This document shows positions 25,489 through 36,420 of a DNA stretch of 52,686 bases, piece by piece (the stretch's first letter is position 1; the number at the start of each line of letters is the position of its first letter). Source of the stretch: Candidatus Xenobia bacterium (GTDB lineage: Bacteria > Vulcanimicrobiota > Xenobia > Xenobiales > QWHO01); assembly GCA_045863235.1 (NCBI GenBank), contig BTUM01000056.1:1-52686 (forward strand), written 5' to 3'. The notes beneath the pieces are model-generated. The model did no database searches. It saw only the letters and a list, made by a program, of their open reading frames with translations, and was not told where the DNA came from. Both the position numbers and the translations under genes were made by a program.

Positions 25489-26343
25489 GTGAGCGACCAG
25501 GTCCGGATCACCAGCCCCGAGCGGGTGGTCTATCCCGAGTCGGGATTCACCAAGCTTCAGGTGGCCGAGTATTACCGGGCGGTGGCCGAGCGCATCCTGC
25601 CGCACGTGGCCGGGAGACCACTCTCGCTGGTGCGCTGCCCGCAGGGGCTGATCCGGCCCTGCTTCTACCACCGCCACCGCACGCGGGGCTTTCCGGCCTC
25701 GGTGCGGGGGGTGATGGTGCAGCAGTTGGACGGGCCCGAGGAGCACCTGGTGATCGACGATCAGGACGGGCTGCTGGCTCTGGTGCAGTTCGGAGGGCTG
25801 GAGATCCACCCGTGGGGCTGTCGGGCCGACCGGCTGGATGAGCCTGATCGGCTGGTACTGGACCTGGACCCCGATCCCGAGCTGCCCTGGGCGGCCGTGA
25901 TCGAGGCCACCCTGGAAGTGCGCGAGCGGCTGCTGGGGATAGGCCTGGAAAGCTTCGCCAAGACCACCGGGGGCAAGGGGATGCACGTGCTGGCGCCCTT
26001 CGAGCCGGGGCCGAGCTGGGAGCAGCTGGGCACGTTGGCCCGCTCGCTGGCGGGCGTCATGGTGGCTGACTCGCCGGACCGCTATCTGGACGTGATGACC
26101 AGGAAGAAGCGGCGCGGAAAGATCTACCTCGACTTTCAGCGCAACAAGCCGGGAGCCACCTCGGTGGCGGCCTACTCGACCCGGGCCCGCCCGGGAGGAC
26201 TGGTCTCCACCCCGGTGGCTTGGAGCGAGGTCACCCCGGCGCTCGATCCGCACGGATTGACGCTGGCCACGGTGCCGGGGCGGGCCGACCCCTGGGTAGG
26301 GTTCTTTGAGCTGCGTCAGGCGCTGCCGTCATCAGGAGAGTGA
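25489..26343 (+). CDS. LigD polymerase (primase-polymerase) domain protein
   Basis: RPLSLVRCPQG, LEIHPW, PDRLVLDLDP, KTTGGKGMHV, YLDFQRN, YSTRARPG. Confidence 0.92.
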   Translation: MSDQVRITSPERVVYPESGFTKLQVAEYYRAVAERILPHVAGRPLSLVRCPQGLIRPCFYHRHRTRGFPASVRGVMVQQLDGPEEHLVIDDQDGLLALVQFGGLEIHPWGCRADRLDEPDRLVLDLDPDPELPWAAVIEATLEVRERLLGIGLESFAKTTGGKGMHVLAPFEPGPSWEQLGTLARSLAGVMVADSPDRYLDVMTRKKRRGKIYLDFQRNKPGATSVAAYSTRARPGGLVSTPVAWSEVTPALDPHGLTLATVPGRADPWVGFFELRQALPSSGE

Positions 26344-26594
26344 GCCGAGCCATCTCGGGACGTTGCTCGACCCTTCTCAGGGCGCATCCCCAACGAGGAG
26401 GTCCTCGATCAGGCCAAGCTCGAGCCCCGCGTGGGCTCGCTGATCTGGTCTCACGGCCTCTCGGCGAAAGTCGGCTTTCAGGCGGGACGAGACGGCGGTG
26501 AGGGCGAAGCTCGGGTCGCGCCTGGACGCAAACCTGGACCTCGGCCGGGCTCCCAGCAAGGAGGGTGGATGCTCTTTTTCCGGGTGGCCAGCAC

Positions 26595-27716
26595 GTGAAG
26601 ATCATCCTCCTGGCGCTGGTGCTTTCGGTGGCTCTGGCGGTGGGGATCTATCTGGCCCAACCCGGAGTGCCGCCCAAGATGGCCTCCATCCATCGCGGCG
26701 TGCTGCAACGGCTGCAGGCCCGCCAGGCCGTCCCTCTCGAGGAGAACGGCTACCCCCTTCTGGAGAGGCTGCTCATGCAGGGGTCCACGCCCGAGCTCCT
26801 GGCCGTGCGGGAGCTGGCCGACACTTTCGCCACTCAGCACCGGCCCACCGCCGCCCAGCTGGCCGCTTTCGAGCGGCACAAGCCGAAGCTGGATGAGGCC
26901 ATCGATCGCCCGGCGCTGGTCTGGCCCTGCTCGTCCCCCGGAAACAGCGCCCAGCTCACCCAGCTGGTCGCCCTGAGGAGCCTGGCAATGGCCTACCGAG
27001 CCCACGGCCAGCCGGGCAGCTACCGGCGCTGCTGGCAGCTCGGCCATCGCATGCTGGCCAACGAAAGCGTGAACGAGTTGACGCTGGCGACGTCAGTGCT
27101 GATGATCGCCCTGGAGCCTCTGCAAGAGCAGGTGGCCGGTGGGCGACTGACCCGCCCAGGGCTAAGAGAGCTGCAAGCCTTCCTGTTGGCTCATCAGGTC
27201 CCGCGTGAGGCACTGGTGCGCGCCACTGACTACAACGCCTACGAGCAATCGGTCCTGACCGACATGCTCAAGAAGGGCCAGTTTCAATACCCGGGGATGC
27301 CCGCGACCGGCCCACCCACCATGCTGGAGGCGGCCTGGCTCGATCACCAGTTGCGCGAGAGCAACCGCACCTACCTGAGGTTTCGGCCCTGCTTTCTGGA
27401 GGTGGTGCCCTTTGCGTCCAAAGGCCTCAGCGCACGAAAGAGCGCAGGCTGGCTGGACTTTCTCTCCCCCATCAACTTACCCACCCTGGAACAGTGCACA
27501 CTTCAGTACCGGCACCTGCTCGATGCCCAGCAGCTTCTGCTGGCCAGCCTGGCCTTGCAGCTCGATCCCGAAGCCAGGCTCGACGACCCCCGGGTCGAGT
27601 GGGACCCCTCCACCCGCCTGCTGCGTTTGGAAGACCGCGAGGTCTACCTCAACTCAGGTCGGCCGGGGCCCCGTGCAGAAACTGCACCGCAGCCGAGTCC
27701 TCCCCCACCGCCGTGA
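26595..27716 (+). CDS. Hypothetical membrane-anchored helical protein
   Basis: N-terminal hydrophobic anchor MKIILLALVLSVALAVGIYLA; long ORF with coding-like codon usage. Confidence 0.6.
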   Translation: MKIILLALVLSVALAVGIYLAQPGVPPKMASIHRGVLQRLQARQAVPLEENGYPLLERLLMQGSTPELLAVRELADTFATQHRPTAAQLAAFERHKPKLDEAIDRPALVWPCSSPGNSAQLTQLVALRSLAMAYRAHGQPGSYRRCWQLGHRMLANESVNELTLATSVLMIALEPLQEQVAGGRLTRPGLRELQAFLLAHQVPREALVRATDYNAYEQSVLTDMLKKGQFQYPGMPATGPPTMLEAAWLDHQLRESNRTYLRFRPCFLEVVPFASKGLSARKSAGWLDFLSPINLPTLEQCTLQYRHLLDAQQLLLASLALQLDPEARLDDPRVEWDPSTRLLRLEDREVYLNSGRPGPRAETAPQPSPPPPP

Positions 27717-27771
27717 GCGCACGTCCCCACCGTTGTGGGATCCGCTCGCGCCTTGCCCCACCGCCCAGCCC

Positions 27772-30147
27772 TCAGGCCTCCCACTTCCAATCGCGAATCT
27801 CGGGCATGTCGTCGCCATGCTGGCGGATGTACTGCTTGTGCTCCACCATCTTGTTGTGCAGCCACTGCTTGGCGTGGGCTCCGACGGGCTGCAGGCGCGG
27901 CACGCGGTCGATGACGTCGTCGGCCAGGCTGAATCGATCCAGCTCGTTGAGGAACACCATGTCGAAAGGCGTGGTGGTGGTGCCCTCCTCCTTGTAACCC
28001 CGCACATGAAGGTTGGCGTGGTTGGTGCGCTTGTAGGTCAGCCGGTGGATCAGCCAGGGGTAGCCGTGGTAGGCGAACACGATCGGCTTGTCGACCGTGA
28101 AGAGCGAGTCGAAATCGCGGTCGCTCAGGCCGTGCGGGTGCTCGGAGGGCGACTGCAGGGTCATCAGGTTGACCACGTTGACCACCCGGATCTTGATGTC
28201 CGGGAAGTGCCCTCGCAACAGCTGCACGGCTGCCAGGGTCTCCAGGGTGGGAACGTCGCCGGCGCAGGCCATCACCACGTCCGGCTCGACTCCCTGGTCG
28301 TTGCTGGCCCAGTCCCAGATTCCGATGCCGTTGGCGCAATGCTTGACCGCCTCGTCCATGGTGAGGAACTGGAGCGCGGGCTGCTTGCCGGCCACGATCA
28401 CGTTGACGTAGTGGCGGCTGCGCAGGCAGTGGTCGGCCACCGACAACAGCGTATTGGCGTCCGGCGGCAGGTAGACCCGGATCACCTCGGCCTTCTTGTT
28501 GACCACGTGGTCGATGAAGCCCGGGTCCTGGTGGCTGAAGCCGTTGTGGTCCTGACGCCAGACGTGGGAGGTCAACAGGTAGTTCAAAGACGCGATGTCG
28601 CGGCGCCAGGGAATGTGGCGGGTGGTCTTGAGCCACTTGGCGTGCTGGTTGAACATCGAGTCCACGATATGGATGAAGGCCTCGTAGCAAGAGAAGAAGC
28701 CGTGCCGGCCGGTGAGCAGGTAGCCCTCCAGCCAGCCCTGGCAGGTGTGCTCGCTCAGGATCTCCATCACCCGCCCATCGGGGGCGAGGTGCCCGCCGTC
28801 CTGGTCCTCGGGCAGCGTCTCGGCCACCCAGGTGCGAGCGGTGCACTCGAACAGCGAGCCCAGACGGTTGCTAGCCGTCTCGTCCGGGCCCACCACGCGG
28901 AAATTGTGGCCGTTGAGCTTCATGATGTCGCGCAGGAACTTGCCCAGCACCCGGGTTGCCTCACAGGTGGTGGTGCCCGGCGAGGGCACCTGCACGGCGT
29001 AGTCACGAAAGTCGGGCATGCGCAGATCCCGCAGCAGCATCCCCCCGTTGGCGTGGGGGTTGGCGCCCATACGACGCTCGCCGGTGGGTGCCAGCTCGGC
29101 CAGCTCGCTCGAGAGCCGCCCGCTCGAGTCGAACAACTCCTCGGGCTTGTAGCTGCGCAGCCACTTCTCGAGCAGCTCGATATGCCCCGGGCTCATCTCG
29201 CTGAAGGGCACCTGGTGCGAGCGCCAGGAGCCTTCGGTCTTGGAGCCGTCCACCTCGGCCGGGCCGGTCCAGCCTTTGGGCGTCTTGAGGATCAGCATCG
29301 GCCAGCGAGGCCTGGCGGGGTCGTTCTTCTCGCGCGCGTGACGCTGCAGGGCGGCGATCTCGTCGAAGATGACATCCAGGGTGGCGGCCATGCGCTGGTG
29401 CATGTCGGCGGGATCGCTGCCTTCGAGCAAGTACGGATGGTAGCCGTAGCCTTCGAACAGCTTGATCAGCTCTTCTTCGCTGATGCGGGCCAGCACGGTG
29501 GGATTGGCGATCTTGTAGCCGTTGAGGTGCAGGATGGGGAGCACGGCGCCGTCGGTGATGGGGTTGAGGAACTTGTTGGAGTGCCAGGAGGTGGCCAGGG
29601 GGCCGGACTCGGCCTCGCCGTCGCCCACCACACAGGCGGCCACCAGGTCGGGATTATCGAAGACGGCCCCGAAGGCGTGCGAGAGCGCGTAGCCAAGCTC
29701 GCCGCCCTCGTGGATGGAGCCGGGGGTTTCGGGGGCCACGTGGCTGGGGATGCCCCCCGGGAAGCTGAATTGCTTGAACAGGCGGCGCATGCCGTTGGAG
29801 TCCTGGGAGATGTTTGGGTAGACCTCGGAGTAGGTACCCTCGAGGTAGGTGTTGGCCACCAGGCCCGGCCCTCCGTGGCCCGGTCCGGCCACGTAGAGCA
29901 CGCTGAGGTCGCGCTGCTTGATGACCCGGTTGAGGTGGACGTAGATGAAGTTCAGCCCGGGCGTGGTGCCCCAGTGGCCCAGCAGACGGGGCTTGATGTG
30001 GTCTTTGGTGAGTGGCTCCTGGAGCAGCGGGTTGGCATAGAGGTAGATCTGACCCACCGAAAGATAGTTTGCGGCGCGCCAGTAAGCGTTCATCCGGTCC
30101 AGCTCGCGGGCGGAAAGGATTGGTTTTGTTTCGGTTGCAGGCGTCAT
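27772..30147 (-). CDS. xfp: Phosphoketolase (xylulose-5-P/fructose-6-P)
   Basis: [61 protein letters not shown] before ATG 30147. Confidence 0.97.
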   Translation of the reverse strand: MTPATETKPILSARELDRMNAYWRAANYLSVGQIYLYANPLLQEPLTKDHIKPRLLGHWGTTPGLNFIYVHLNRVIKQRDLSVLYVAGPGHGGPGLVANTYLEGTYSEVYPNISQDSNGMRRLFKQFSFPGGIPSHVAPETPGSIHEGGELGYALSHAFGAVFDNPDLVAACVVGDGEAESGPLATSWHSNKFLNPITDGAVLPILHLNGYKIANPTVLARISEEELIKLFEGYGYHPYLLEGSDPADMHQRMAATLDVIFDEIAALQRHAREKNDPARPRWPMLILKTPKGWTGPAEVDGSKTEGSWRSHQVPFSEMSPGHIELLEKWLRSYKPEELFDSSGRLSSELAELAPTGERRMGANPHANGGMLLRDLRMPDFRDYAVQVPSPGTTTCEATRVLGKFLRDIMKLNGHNFRVVGPDETASNRLGSLFECTARTWVAETLPEDQDGGHLAPDGRVMEILSEHTCQGWLEGYLLTGRHGFFSCYEAFIHIVDSMFNQHAKWLKTTRHIPWRRDIASLNYLLTSHVWRQDHNGFSHQDPGFIDHVVNKKAEVIRVYLPPDANTLLSVADHCLRSRHYVNVIVAGKQPALQFLTMDEAVKHCANGIGIWDWASNDQGVEPDVVMACAGDVPTLETLAAVQLLRGHFPDIKIRVVNVVNLMTLQSPSEHPHGLSDRDFDSLFTVDKPIVFAYHGYPWLIHRLTYKRTNHANLHVRGYKEEGTTTTPFDMVFLNELDRFSLADDVIDRVPRLQPVGAHAKQWLHNKMVEHKQYIRQHGDDMPEIRDWKWEA

Positions 30148-30207
30148 GGCGGCTCCTTCCCCGCGAGGCACGAGAGGCCTCCCGGGGATCGCGGCGAACC
30201 ATGACCG

Positions 30208-32667
30208 GTGATTCCTGTCGACCGGGTGCAGCTCAACCTGTCCAACGCGGCCGCCAGCCGCCCTCGCAAGAAGAGCCCGGAGGCCGCTCCGGCCGAGCCT
30301 CGGGACGTGCTGGCCCTGCTCTGCAAGGATCACCGCGGAGACGACCCGCCCCGGCTTTCCGACCTGGTCCGGTTTGCTCCCCTGGCCCACAGCCCCGATC
30401 CGTTGCTGCGCCGCATCGCCCACGACGGCTCCGAGCGGCTGGCCGATAACCTGCCCGCGACCCGAGAGCGCCTGCGCGTTCGGCCGGAAACCTGCGCGGC
30501 CCGGGGAGTCGAGGGCCTGACCGACGGGCTCTCCGACATCGTGGGCTGGATCGGCACCTACCCCAGGAAAGAGCTGCCCGTGGCCCGGTTGCTGAAGCTT
30601 CTGGACCAGGAAGTGGGCCAGGGGCCGGTGAGCGAGAAGACCCTGCGCCAGGTCGCCAGGCTGACCACGGCCGCCCTGCAAGAAAAGCATGCCCAGAAGG
30701 AGTGCCTGGACCTGTTGACGCGCTGGCAGGCCGGGGGGCAGATCCAGCTGGAGGGCTCACCCGAGCAGCTCGCTCGCGGCAGCGCCCGGGTGCAGGGCAA
30801 CCACCTGCTGCCCCGGCCGGCCCGCCCACCTCTCTCCCCACTCAGTCAGGGACTGCTGGCCAGCAAGGACGCCCTGCCCGAAACGTTGCCGGCTGACCTG
30901 CAGCCGCTGGAGCTCTTGCTCGATCATCCCAGGCTGCTCGACCACGCCCTCGAGACGGCCAGGCGGGTGCCGGAAGACTTCTTGAGCACCTGCGTCGAGC
31001 ACGGCGTCTTCGACAGTTACGGAGAGGACCGGGAGAAGCTGGTTACCCTCTACCAAAAGAGCCATCCCGATCATCCTCAGGAGCTTTTGCAGTTGCTTGG
31101 CCTGCGCCATTTTCAGGCCGAGCAGGCGGCCGTGGACGCACTCAAACAGGCGCCCCCGGATCTGCAGGCTCAGGCTGCCTCGCGCATGATCGAACGAGTC
31201 GACTCGGAGAGGGCCCGCAGTCACCATTTCGAGCTTCTGAGCACGGCACTGGATTCGGGTTGGAAACCGTCCCCCACCGAGGCTCGTTGGATGGTGGCCC
31301 AGCTCTTCGACTCGCGCTATCTGCGCGGCCGCTCCATCACCTGCGACTCGAGCGGATTTGCCCACGTGAGCCAGCTGACCACGCTGCTCGCCCGGGCCGA
31401 GAAGCTCCATCCTGGCCTCTTTGACGGCTGCCAGCTGCCGGACTGCTCGGGCAAGCTGGTGGACCTGCGGGGGGCCATGGTGGACATCATGCGCCACAAC
31501 TCGGAAGATCAGCCGGCCGCCCGGGTCGATCCGGCCAAGAATCCCAAAATGAAGGGCTACTTCGAGCTGGCCCGCCCCAACCGCGAAGAAGCGCAGGGGA
31601 TGCTGGCCGACCTGAGGGAGAGCCTGGACGAGAAAGGCCTGTTGAAGGACCTTGCCTGGGGCAAGGGCCAGATGGCCCTGACCCTGCTCTCGCTGGCTGC
31701 CGAGCAGGGCGACCTGCACCCCGAGGAGCGAGAGGCGGTGCAGGACCTGGTGCGCCCCACGCTGGCGGTGGAGGCCTGGCCGCGCGACCGGAACTTCGCC
31801 ACCGTGCCGATCGTGCTCAACCGCTTTCGCGATCGCGAGCTGGAGGGGGCCGAGCAGCGGCTGGGCGACCTGGCGGAAGGGGCGCGGCTGCTGCTGGTGG
31901 CTGCCCACCGAGGTCAGGACCAGGCCACCCGCAAGCAGGCGGCCGAGCTGGCTGGCAAGATCTGGCAGCAGCTCGACGAGCCCACCCGCGAGAGCATCTT
32001 TGCCGAGCTGGGCAATTTGCCCGCGCCGCTCGACGACCTGGAGCCCGAGTCGATGGGTCGGGTGATGCTGGCCGCGCTGGTCGACCCCGAGCGCGCCCGG
32101 GCCGGGCTGGGTGCGGCCCTGGGAGAGTTGAGCACGGCAAGGTATGCCAAAGGCTTGCCCGGCAAACTATTGCTCGAGCTGCGCGATCGCGAGCACTACC
32201 TGGCGCTCGAGGCTCTGCGCACCGGGACGGTTGCGCCTTCAGAGCAGCCGTCTTTGATCGAGTCGCTGGTCGCCTTCCGGGCCGACAAGCTGGAGGAAGA
32301 GGGCAAGAAAGCCCTCCAGACGGTGCTGGAGGCCTGGGAGGCGGGGGCTCGGGCCGGGGGGCATCCGGTGGAGCAGGTGCCTTACAAGACCTTCACCCTG
32401 CTGGCCGAGGTGCGGGGGGATCGGGCCTGGGAGTCGCTGCCGTTGTACCAGCGCCTGGCGGAGAAGATCGAGGAGCCCGAGCAGGCTTTCCGGGACCTGT
32501 GCGCGCGCATCGACCAGGGAATGAGCCAGGATGAGGCGCTGCAGGAAACCCTGCGCTTCTACGTGCTGGGAAGCTCTCTGCCCAGCTCGGAGGGAGCCAC
32601 CATCGGGATGGTGGGAGACAGTTTGCGCGTGGGTGGGACCTTGCTTCGCTTGCGGCCACGCTCTTGA
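30208..32667 (+). CDS. Large hypothetical helical protein
   Basis: 819-aa ORF, Leu/Ala/Glu rich, no recognisable family motif. Confidence 0.7.
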   Translation: MIPVDRVQLNLSNAAASRPRKKSPEAAPAEPRDVLALLCKDHRGDDPPRLSDLVRFAPLAHSPDPLLRRIAHDGSERLADNLPATRERLRVRPETCAARGVEGLTDGLSDIVGWIGTYPRKELPVARLLKLLDQEVGQGPVSEKTLRQVARLTTAALQEKHAQKECLDLLTRWQAGGQIQLEGSPEQLARGSARVQGNHLLPRPARPPLSPLSQGLLASKDALPETLPADLQPLELLLDHPRLLDHALETARRVPEDFLSTCVEHGVFDSYGEDREKLVTLYQKSHPDHPQELLQLLGLRHFQAEQAAVDALKQAPPDLQAQAASRMIERVDSERARSHHFELLSTALDSGWKPSPTEARWMVAQLFDSRYLRGRSITCDSSGFAHVSQLTTLLARAEKLHPGLFDGCQLPDCSGKLVDLRGAMVDIMRHNSEDQPAARVDPAKNPKMKGYFELARPNREEAQGMLADLRESLDEKGLLKDLAWGKGQMALTLLSLAAEQGDLHPEEREAVQDLVRPTLAVEAWPRDRNFATVPIVLNRFRDRELEGAEQRLGDLAEGARLLLVAAHRGQDQATRKQAAELAGKIWQQLDEPTRESIFAELGNLPAPLDDLEPESMGRVMLAALVDPERARAGLGAALGELSTARYAKGLPGKLLLELRDREHYLALEALRTGTVAPSEQPSLIESLVAFRADKLEEEGKKALQTVLEAWEAGARAGGHPVEQVPYKTFTLLAEVRGDRAWESLPLYQRLAEKIEEPEQAFRDLCARIDQGMSQDEALQETLRFYVLGSSLPSSEGATIGMVGDSLRVGGTLLRLRPRS

Positions 32668-32816
32668 CTTGCCACCCCTCGGCCGGAGCTCTCCCCGCTC
32701 CCCATCGAGACCCTTTCGACCGCCTCCTGGCTGCCCAGTCGCAAGGCCAGGGAATGGCTCTGGTCACCTCTGACCCCGCCTTCGGGTCCTTCCAGGGATT
32801 GACGGTCATCTGGTAA
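32664..32816 (+). pseudogene. C-terminal fragment of a VapC/PIN-domain toxin
   Basis: Manual translation gives AGALPAPHRDPFDRLLAAQSQGQGMALVTSDPAFGSFQGLTVIW-stop; the N-terminal LLDT half is absent. Confidence 0.8.
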
Positions 32817-32868
32817 TCGCCCGGGTGAAGTTCAAGGGCCTTTCAGGCCCTCGAGCTACCTTCAGGTC

Positions 32869-33606
32869 GTGCAGGCCGCCAACGGGGTGCGATTCGAGTC
32901 AAAGGACCAGGGCTGGAAGGCTGTCCTTCCGGCCGGGCCGTACCTGCCCGAGGATCTGGTCGTGGAGAAAGGTCCGCTGGGCCTGTCGGCTCACCTTCAA
33001 GAGCCGGTCGACCGGGTGACGCTCTCGTGTCGTGAAGGGGACGACGGCCTGGTGCGGGTCTCCTTCCCTGGCAGCTGGCAACGCCTGCTGTTTCGGCCCG
33101 ACACGCAGGAGTATGGAATCGAGTCGGGCTACGCTGGCTGGGTGCGCCAGGAGACCCGACTGCCGGATGGCAGCCTGCACTTTTGCGCCCTGGCTGGAAA
33201 CCATCTCCACGAGGCCGTGCAATCCCCGGACGGCAGGGTGGAGGCGACCTCTCGCCAGGGCGAGCGGGTGCGTCACGGAGCCAGCGTAAAAGACGGCCAG
33301 GTCCACTTCCTCCCCGTTCGCTCGCTGGCTGAATGCCTGCGCGAGGAGGGGCTGGTTTCGGGTCTCTTCAGCTGCGCGGCCTCCCAGTTCAACACGCCTG
33401 TCAGTTTTGCCCTGGAGGCGGGACGGGCGGAGCTTTCCTCCGACCTCAAGGCCGCCATCGAGACGGCTCGCGAGCAAACCCTGGAAGAGTCCCGGCTGCC
33501 CAAGAGCCTGCTCGCCCCCCCGACTGGAAACACCGTAGGGCTGTCTGCGCGCTCGGTCGTGCTGGCCGGCGTGAGCCTGCGGACAGCGGGGCGTTGCCAG
33601 GGCTGA
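32869..33606 (+). CDS. Hypothetical protein
   Basis: 245-aa ORF; start weak, frame is open from 32803. Confidence 0.55.
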   Translation: MQAANGVRFESKDQGWKAVLPAGPYLPEDLVVEKGPLGLSAHLQEPVDRVTLSCREGDDGLVRVSFPGSWQRLLFRPDTQEYGIESGYAGWVRQETRLPDGSLHFCALAGNHLHEAVQSPDGRVEATSRQGERVRHGASVKDGQVHFLPVRSLAECLREEGLVSGLFSCAASQFNTPVSFALEAGRAELSSDLKAAIETAREQTLEESRLPKSLLAPPTGNTVGLSARSVVLAGVSLRTAGRCQG

Positions 33607-33610
33607 GGGC

Positions 33611-34369
33611 TCAGTCGCTGGCTGTGAGAAGTGCTCGGTAGAAGGCGTCCCGGTCAACGTCGTCGGGCAGTCCGGCCACCTGGCCGTCGCCCAGTTCCAC
33701 GATGATCCATCTCTCGCCCAGGGGGGCGATGTCCATCGAGAAGAACCGACTGGGGACGGAGCGGGCCAGGGTCACGAAGGGCTCGCGTGGCTCGCCCCAG
33801 ATCAGCTCCCCGTCCAGGAAGAAAAGGCGCGTCTCCCGAGCGCGATCGAGCTCGACGTACTCCCGGAAGACGAGCCCTCCCTGGAAGTCCGGCCCTTGCA
33901 GCTCGAGGAACCTGGCGACCACGAGGGGCACGTCGGCCGGCGTGGGAATGAAGCAGGCCTGGTCCCATTCGTGCTTGCGGGACTTCACGTAGTCTTTGAC
34001 GACCAGGGAGCGCGAGCCGAAGGGGGCCAGCAGGCCCTCGGGGATTTCCGGGCCTTCGGTCCACACCGAGCGCGGCGTGTAGGGCTCAATGAGCGGGTAG
34101 CTGGCCGGAAACTCGTGACAGCAGCGGTAGGCCTGGGCATCATTGATGAGTCGCCAACCCTGAGCGCAGAGCTCGGCGTAACGCGCGCTCGGGAGCATCC
34201 ACCCGCGGTAAATCAGAAGCTCTTCTCGAGGAGCGCGGCGGACCCGCAGCTCTTCGAAGTCAAGCAGAGCCCAGCCCAGGCCGGCGCGCTCAGCGGCCTG
34301 GACTTCGTCCAGCCAGCAAGAATCGGGCTCCCCGGGAGAGAGGGGGTCGCTGCAAAAGAGGATCTTCAC
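33611..34369 (-). CDS. ATP-grasp domain protein (short, DUF4343/R2K-like)
   Basis: YRGWML, VKDYVKSRKHEW, VFREYV, ETRLFF, FFSMDIA, IVELGDGQVAG. Confidence 0.8.
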   Translation of the reverse strand: MKILFCSDPLSPGEPDSCWLDEVQAAERAGLGWALLDFEELRVRRAPREELLIYRGWMLPSARYAELCAQGWRLINDAQAYRCCHEFPASYPLIEPYTPRSVWTEGPEIPEGLLAPFGSRSLVVKDYVKSRKHEWDQACFIPTPADVPLVVARFLELQGPDFQGGLVFREYVELDRARETRLFFLDGELIWGEPREPFVTLARSVPSRFFSMDIAPLGERWIIVELGDGQVAGLPDDVDRDAFYRALLTASD

Positions 34370-34515
34370 TGGTTGCTCACAGTTCTGAGCCGGTCTTGTG
34401 AAGCCTCCGTTTACCTCATGTTCACATTGGATACATTCCAGCAACAAGAGCATTGCGTTCTCCCCCGCCTTCCTGGGCTACAAAAGAAGCAACTAGCGCA
34501 AGGGAGCCAACCACC

Positions 34516-34923
34516 ATGCTCAACCAGATCGATCCCCTCAATAACCCCCTGCAGCCGGCCGGAATCGGAGGGCTGCCCAACACGGCGGCGTTCGGCCCGG
34601 GGGCCCAACTCGGGAGCGCTACGGCCCGCTGCGAGCGCTGCCTGAACACGGAAGGCAAGAGCGTTCAGGGCGAAATGGCCAAAGCGCGGATGGACCCGCT
34701 GGGCGAGATGGCCCGGGACACGATTCGAGCCAGGAAGGCAGGGATGAGGGCCAAGCTGGCGGCGCTGCAGGGCGACGCCCTCGGGGCCGCATTCTACGGC
34801 CGCATGAGCCAGAATGCCCAGCGTGAGATGGGGCTGAACCTGGCAGCCAACCTGACCGCGCCGCCGATGGGAGGGATTGGTGGCTTCCAGGGTCTTGGGC
34901 CCAACCCGCTCCTGGGCCTGTAA
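34516..34923 (+). CDS. Hypothetical protein
   Basis: AAGGGAG RBS before ATG 34516; Gly/Ala/Met rich. Confidence 0.65.
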   Translation: MLNQIDPLNNPLQPAGIGGLPNTAAFGPGAQLGSATARCERCLNTEGKSVQGEMAKARMDPLGEMARDTIRARKAGMRAKLAALQGDALGAAFYGRMSQNAQREMGLNLAANLTAPPMGGIGGFQGLGPNPLLGL

Positions 34924-34929
34924 GGCCCC

Positions 34930-35757
34930 GTGAACCCGATCCTGAGCGCACTGGCCGAGAGCTTCACCGGCTCGAAGCCGCCGGTGCTGGACGAGCCGAC
35001 CAGCGTCCAGGAGTTGCTCGAGTCGCTGGAGGCTTTGCAGGAGGAACGCTGGACCTTCCCCCAGGCCCTGGACGCGACCGACCGGCTGCTCGACCAGGCG
35101 CGCCAGAGCCTGGCCTCGGCGCTGGAGTTCGTGACCGCCAACCCGCAGTTCTGCGGGGAGTATCGCGCCCTGCTCGACCAGCTGATAGCCGGCTACGGGC
35201 GGGGGGTGGAGGCTCTGGAAGCTCTGCGCGAGGAGCTCTGGGAGAATCGGCTCTCAGCGCCGACCCTGACCGAACTGGGGAGTTGCCGGAACCAGTCGCG
35301 GCAGGACTACCAGGCGGTCTCGGAGTGGATGGCCCGCGCCGTGGCGCGCTGCCCTCGCTGCGGCGCGCCCGGGGAATACTGCCCGGAGTGCTCGCTGGAG
35401 GGCCTGATCCCGGATAGCCAGGCCCGGCCGAGCGCCGATCCGGAGGCGATGACACCGGCCATGCTGGCCCTTTACCAGGCCGCCACGGCGGTCTCGGCGG
35501 GGATCGCCTCGGCCGAGACGCTGGGCGAACCGCTGGCGGCCCTGCACGAGGAGATCGCCATGGGGGCTCAACGCGTCCAGGCCATGCCGGACTCGCCCCG
35601 GCGCGCTCAATTGCTCGAGCACGCCGAGGCGATGCTGGAGGGACTGGAGCGGATGGAGACTTTGTTCGACCACAGGATGCTGGAGACTCTGCACCAGGGC
35701 TGGGACCAGGTCTACCGGCACCACTGCGCCATCCTGGAGCTCCTGGCGCCGGACTGA
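34930..35757 (+). CDS. Hypothetical helical protein with zinc ribbon
   Basis: CPRCG...CPEC between two helical regions. Confidence 0.65.
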   Translation: MNPILSALAESFTGSKPPVLDEPTSVQELLESLEALQEERWTFPQALDATDRLLDQARQSLASALEFVTANPQFCGEYRALLDQLIAGYGRGVEALEALREELWENRLSAPTLTELGSCRNQSRQDYQAVSEWMARAVARCPRCGAPGEYCPECSLEGLIPDSQARPSADPEAMTPAMLALYQAATAVSAGIASAETLGEPLAALHEEIAMGAQRVQAMPDSPRRAQLLEHAEAMLEGLERMETLFDHRMLETLHQGWDQVYRHHCAILELLAPD

Positions 35758-35781
35758 CTGGCCGGGTTGGAGCGCGCATGC

Positions 35782-36420
35782 TCAGGCCCGTCTCGCCGCG
35801 GCCAGAGCAAGTCCCGTGACGGCTCCCACCGAGCCGCCTACCGCTCCCCCGACAAGACCGCCCAGGAAGTGACCAAGCTTCCAGCCAGGACGCGCTACCC
35901 TGGGAAGGGCTGTGGCCACGGCTCGAGCTGACTCAAATCCAAGCTTGAGACCCGAGGGTAACCCGCCCGCCAGGCAGCCCAGCCCCAGGCCCAGGAAGCG
36001 CCCCACGGTCGCGCCCCCACGCATGCCCGCCCGGGCAGCCAGGGGCACCAGGCGCAAGCCCAGGGGCGGGATCAGCAGGGTCACCGCACTGGCCACCGCT
36101 CCCAACGCCCCGCCCGCGGCGGCCAGGACGGCGCTGCCTGCGGTAGCTCCCCAGCGGGCGGCCGGTCCCGGGCGCACAGCTCCCCTCGCGGCTCCGCCCA
36201 GGAATCCGGCGATGGCTGCCGCCGGGGTGAGGGTGGCCGCCAGAGCCGTAGCCGCCGCGCTGGTGACCGCGCCCAGCAACCAGGAGGCGGGACGGCCCGC
36301 CAACTGGCGGCCGACGTCCCAGCCGAGCTGGACCTGATCGACCACCCCGTGGGCAGCGGGTGGCTTGGATTCGGGCTTCTTCACGGGAACGGGAGCTGAG
36401 GCCGTGGAGGTGATCTTCAT
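35782..36420 (-). CDS. Gly/Ala-rich hydrophobic (glycine-zipper-like) protein
   Basis: Repeated GxxxG segments, e.g. GHFLGGLVGGAVGGSVGAVTG. Confidence 0.6.
   Translation of the reverse strand: MKITSTASAPVPVKKPESKPPAAHGVVDQVQLGWDVGRQLAGRPASWLLGAVTSAAATALAATLTPAAAIAGFLGGAARGAVRPGPAARWGATAGSAVLAAAGGALGAVASAVTLLIPPLGLRLVPLAARAGMRGGATVGRFLGLGLGCLAGGLPSGLKLGFESARAVATALPRVARPGWKLGHFLGGLVGGAVGGSVGAVTGLALAAARRA

Noticed and set aside
26344..26594. Possible gene fragment between ligD and the next ORF
   Set aside because: A short coding-like stretch (RIPNEEVLDQAKLEPRVGSLIWS) has no start codon and no recognisable family.
27412..30204. Long antisense ORFs (e.g. 930 aa opposite xfp, 776 aa opposite the PilX-like gene, 632 aa opposite the oxidase)
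   Set aside because: Shadow frames typical of high-GC coding DNA; the opposite strand holds the recognisable genes.
30148..30690. N-terminal extensions given by the ORF track for xfp (and similarly nhaD, pilB, topB)
   Set aside because: They overlap neighbouring genes; internal starts with RBS or stop-start overlaps match the family N-termini.
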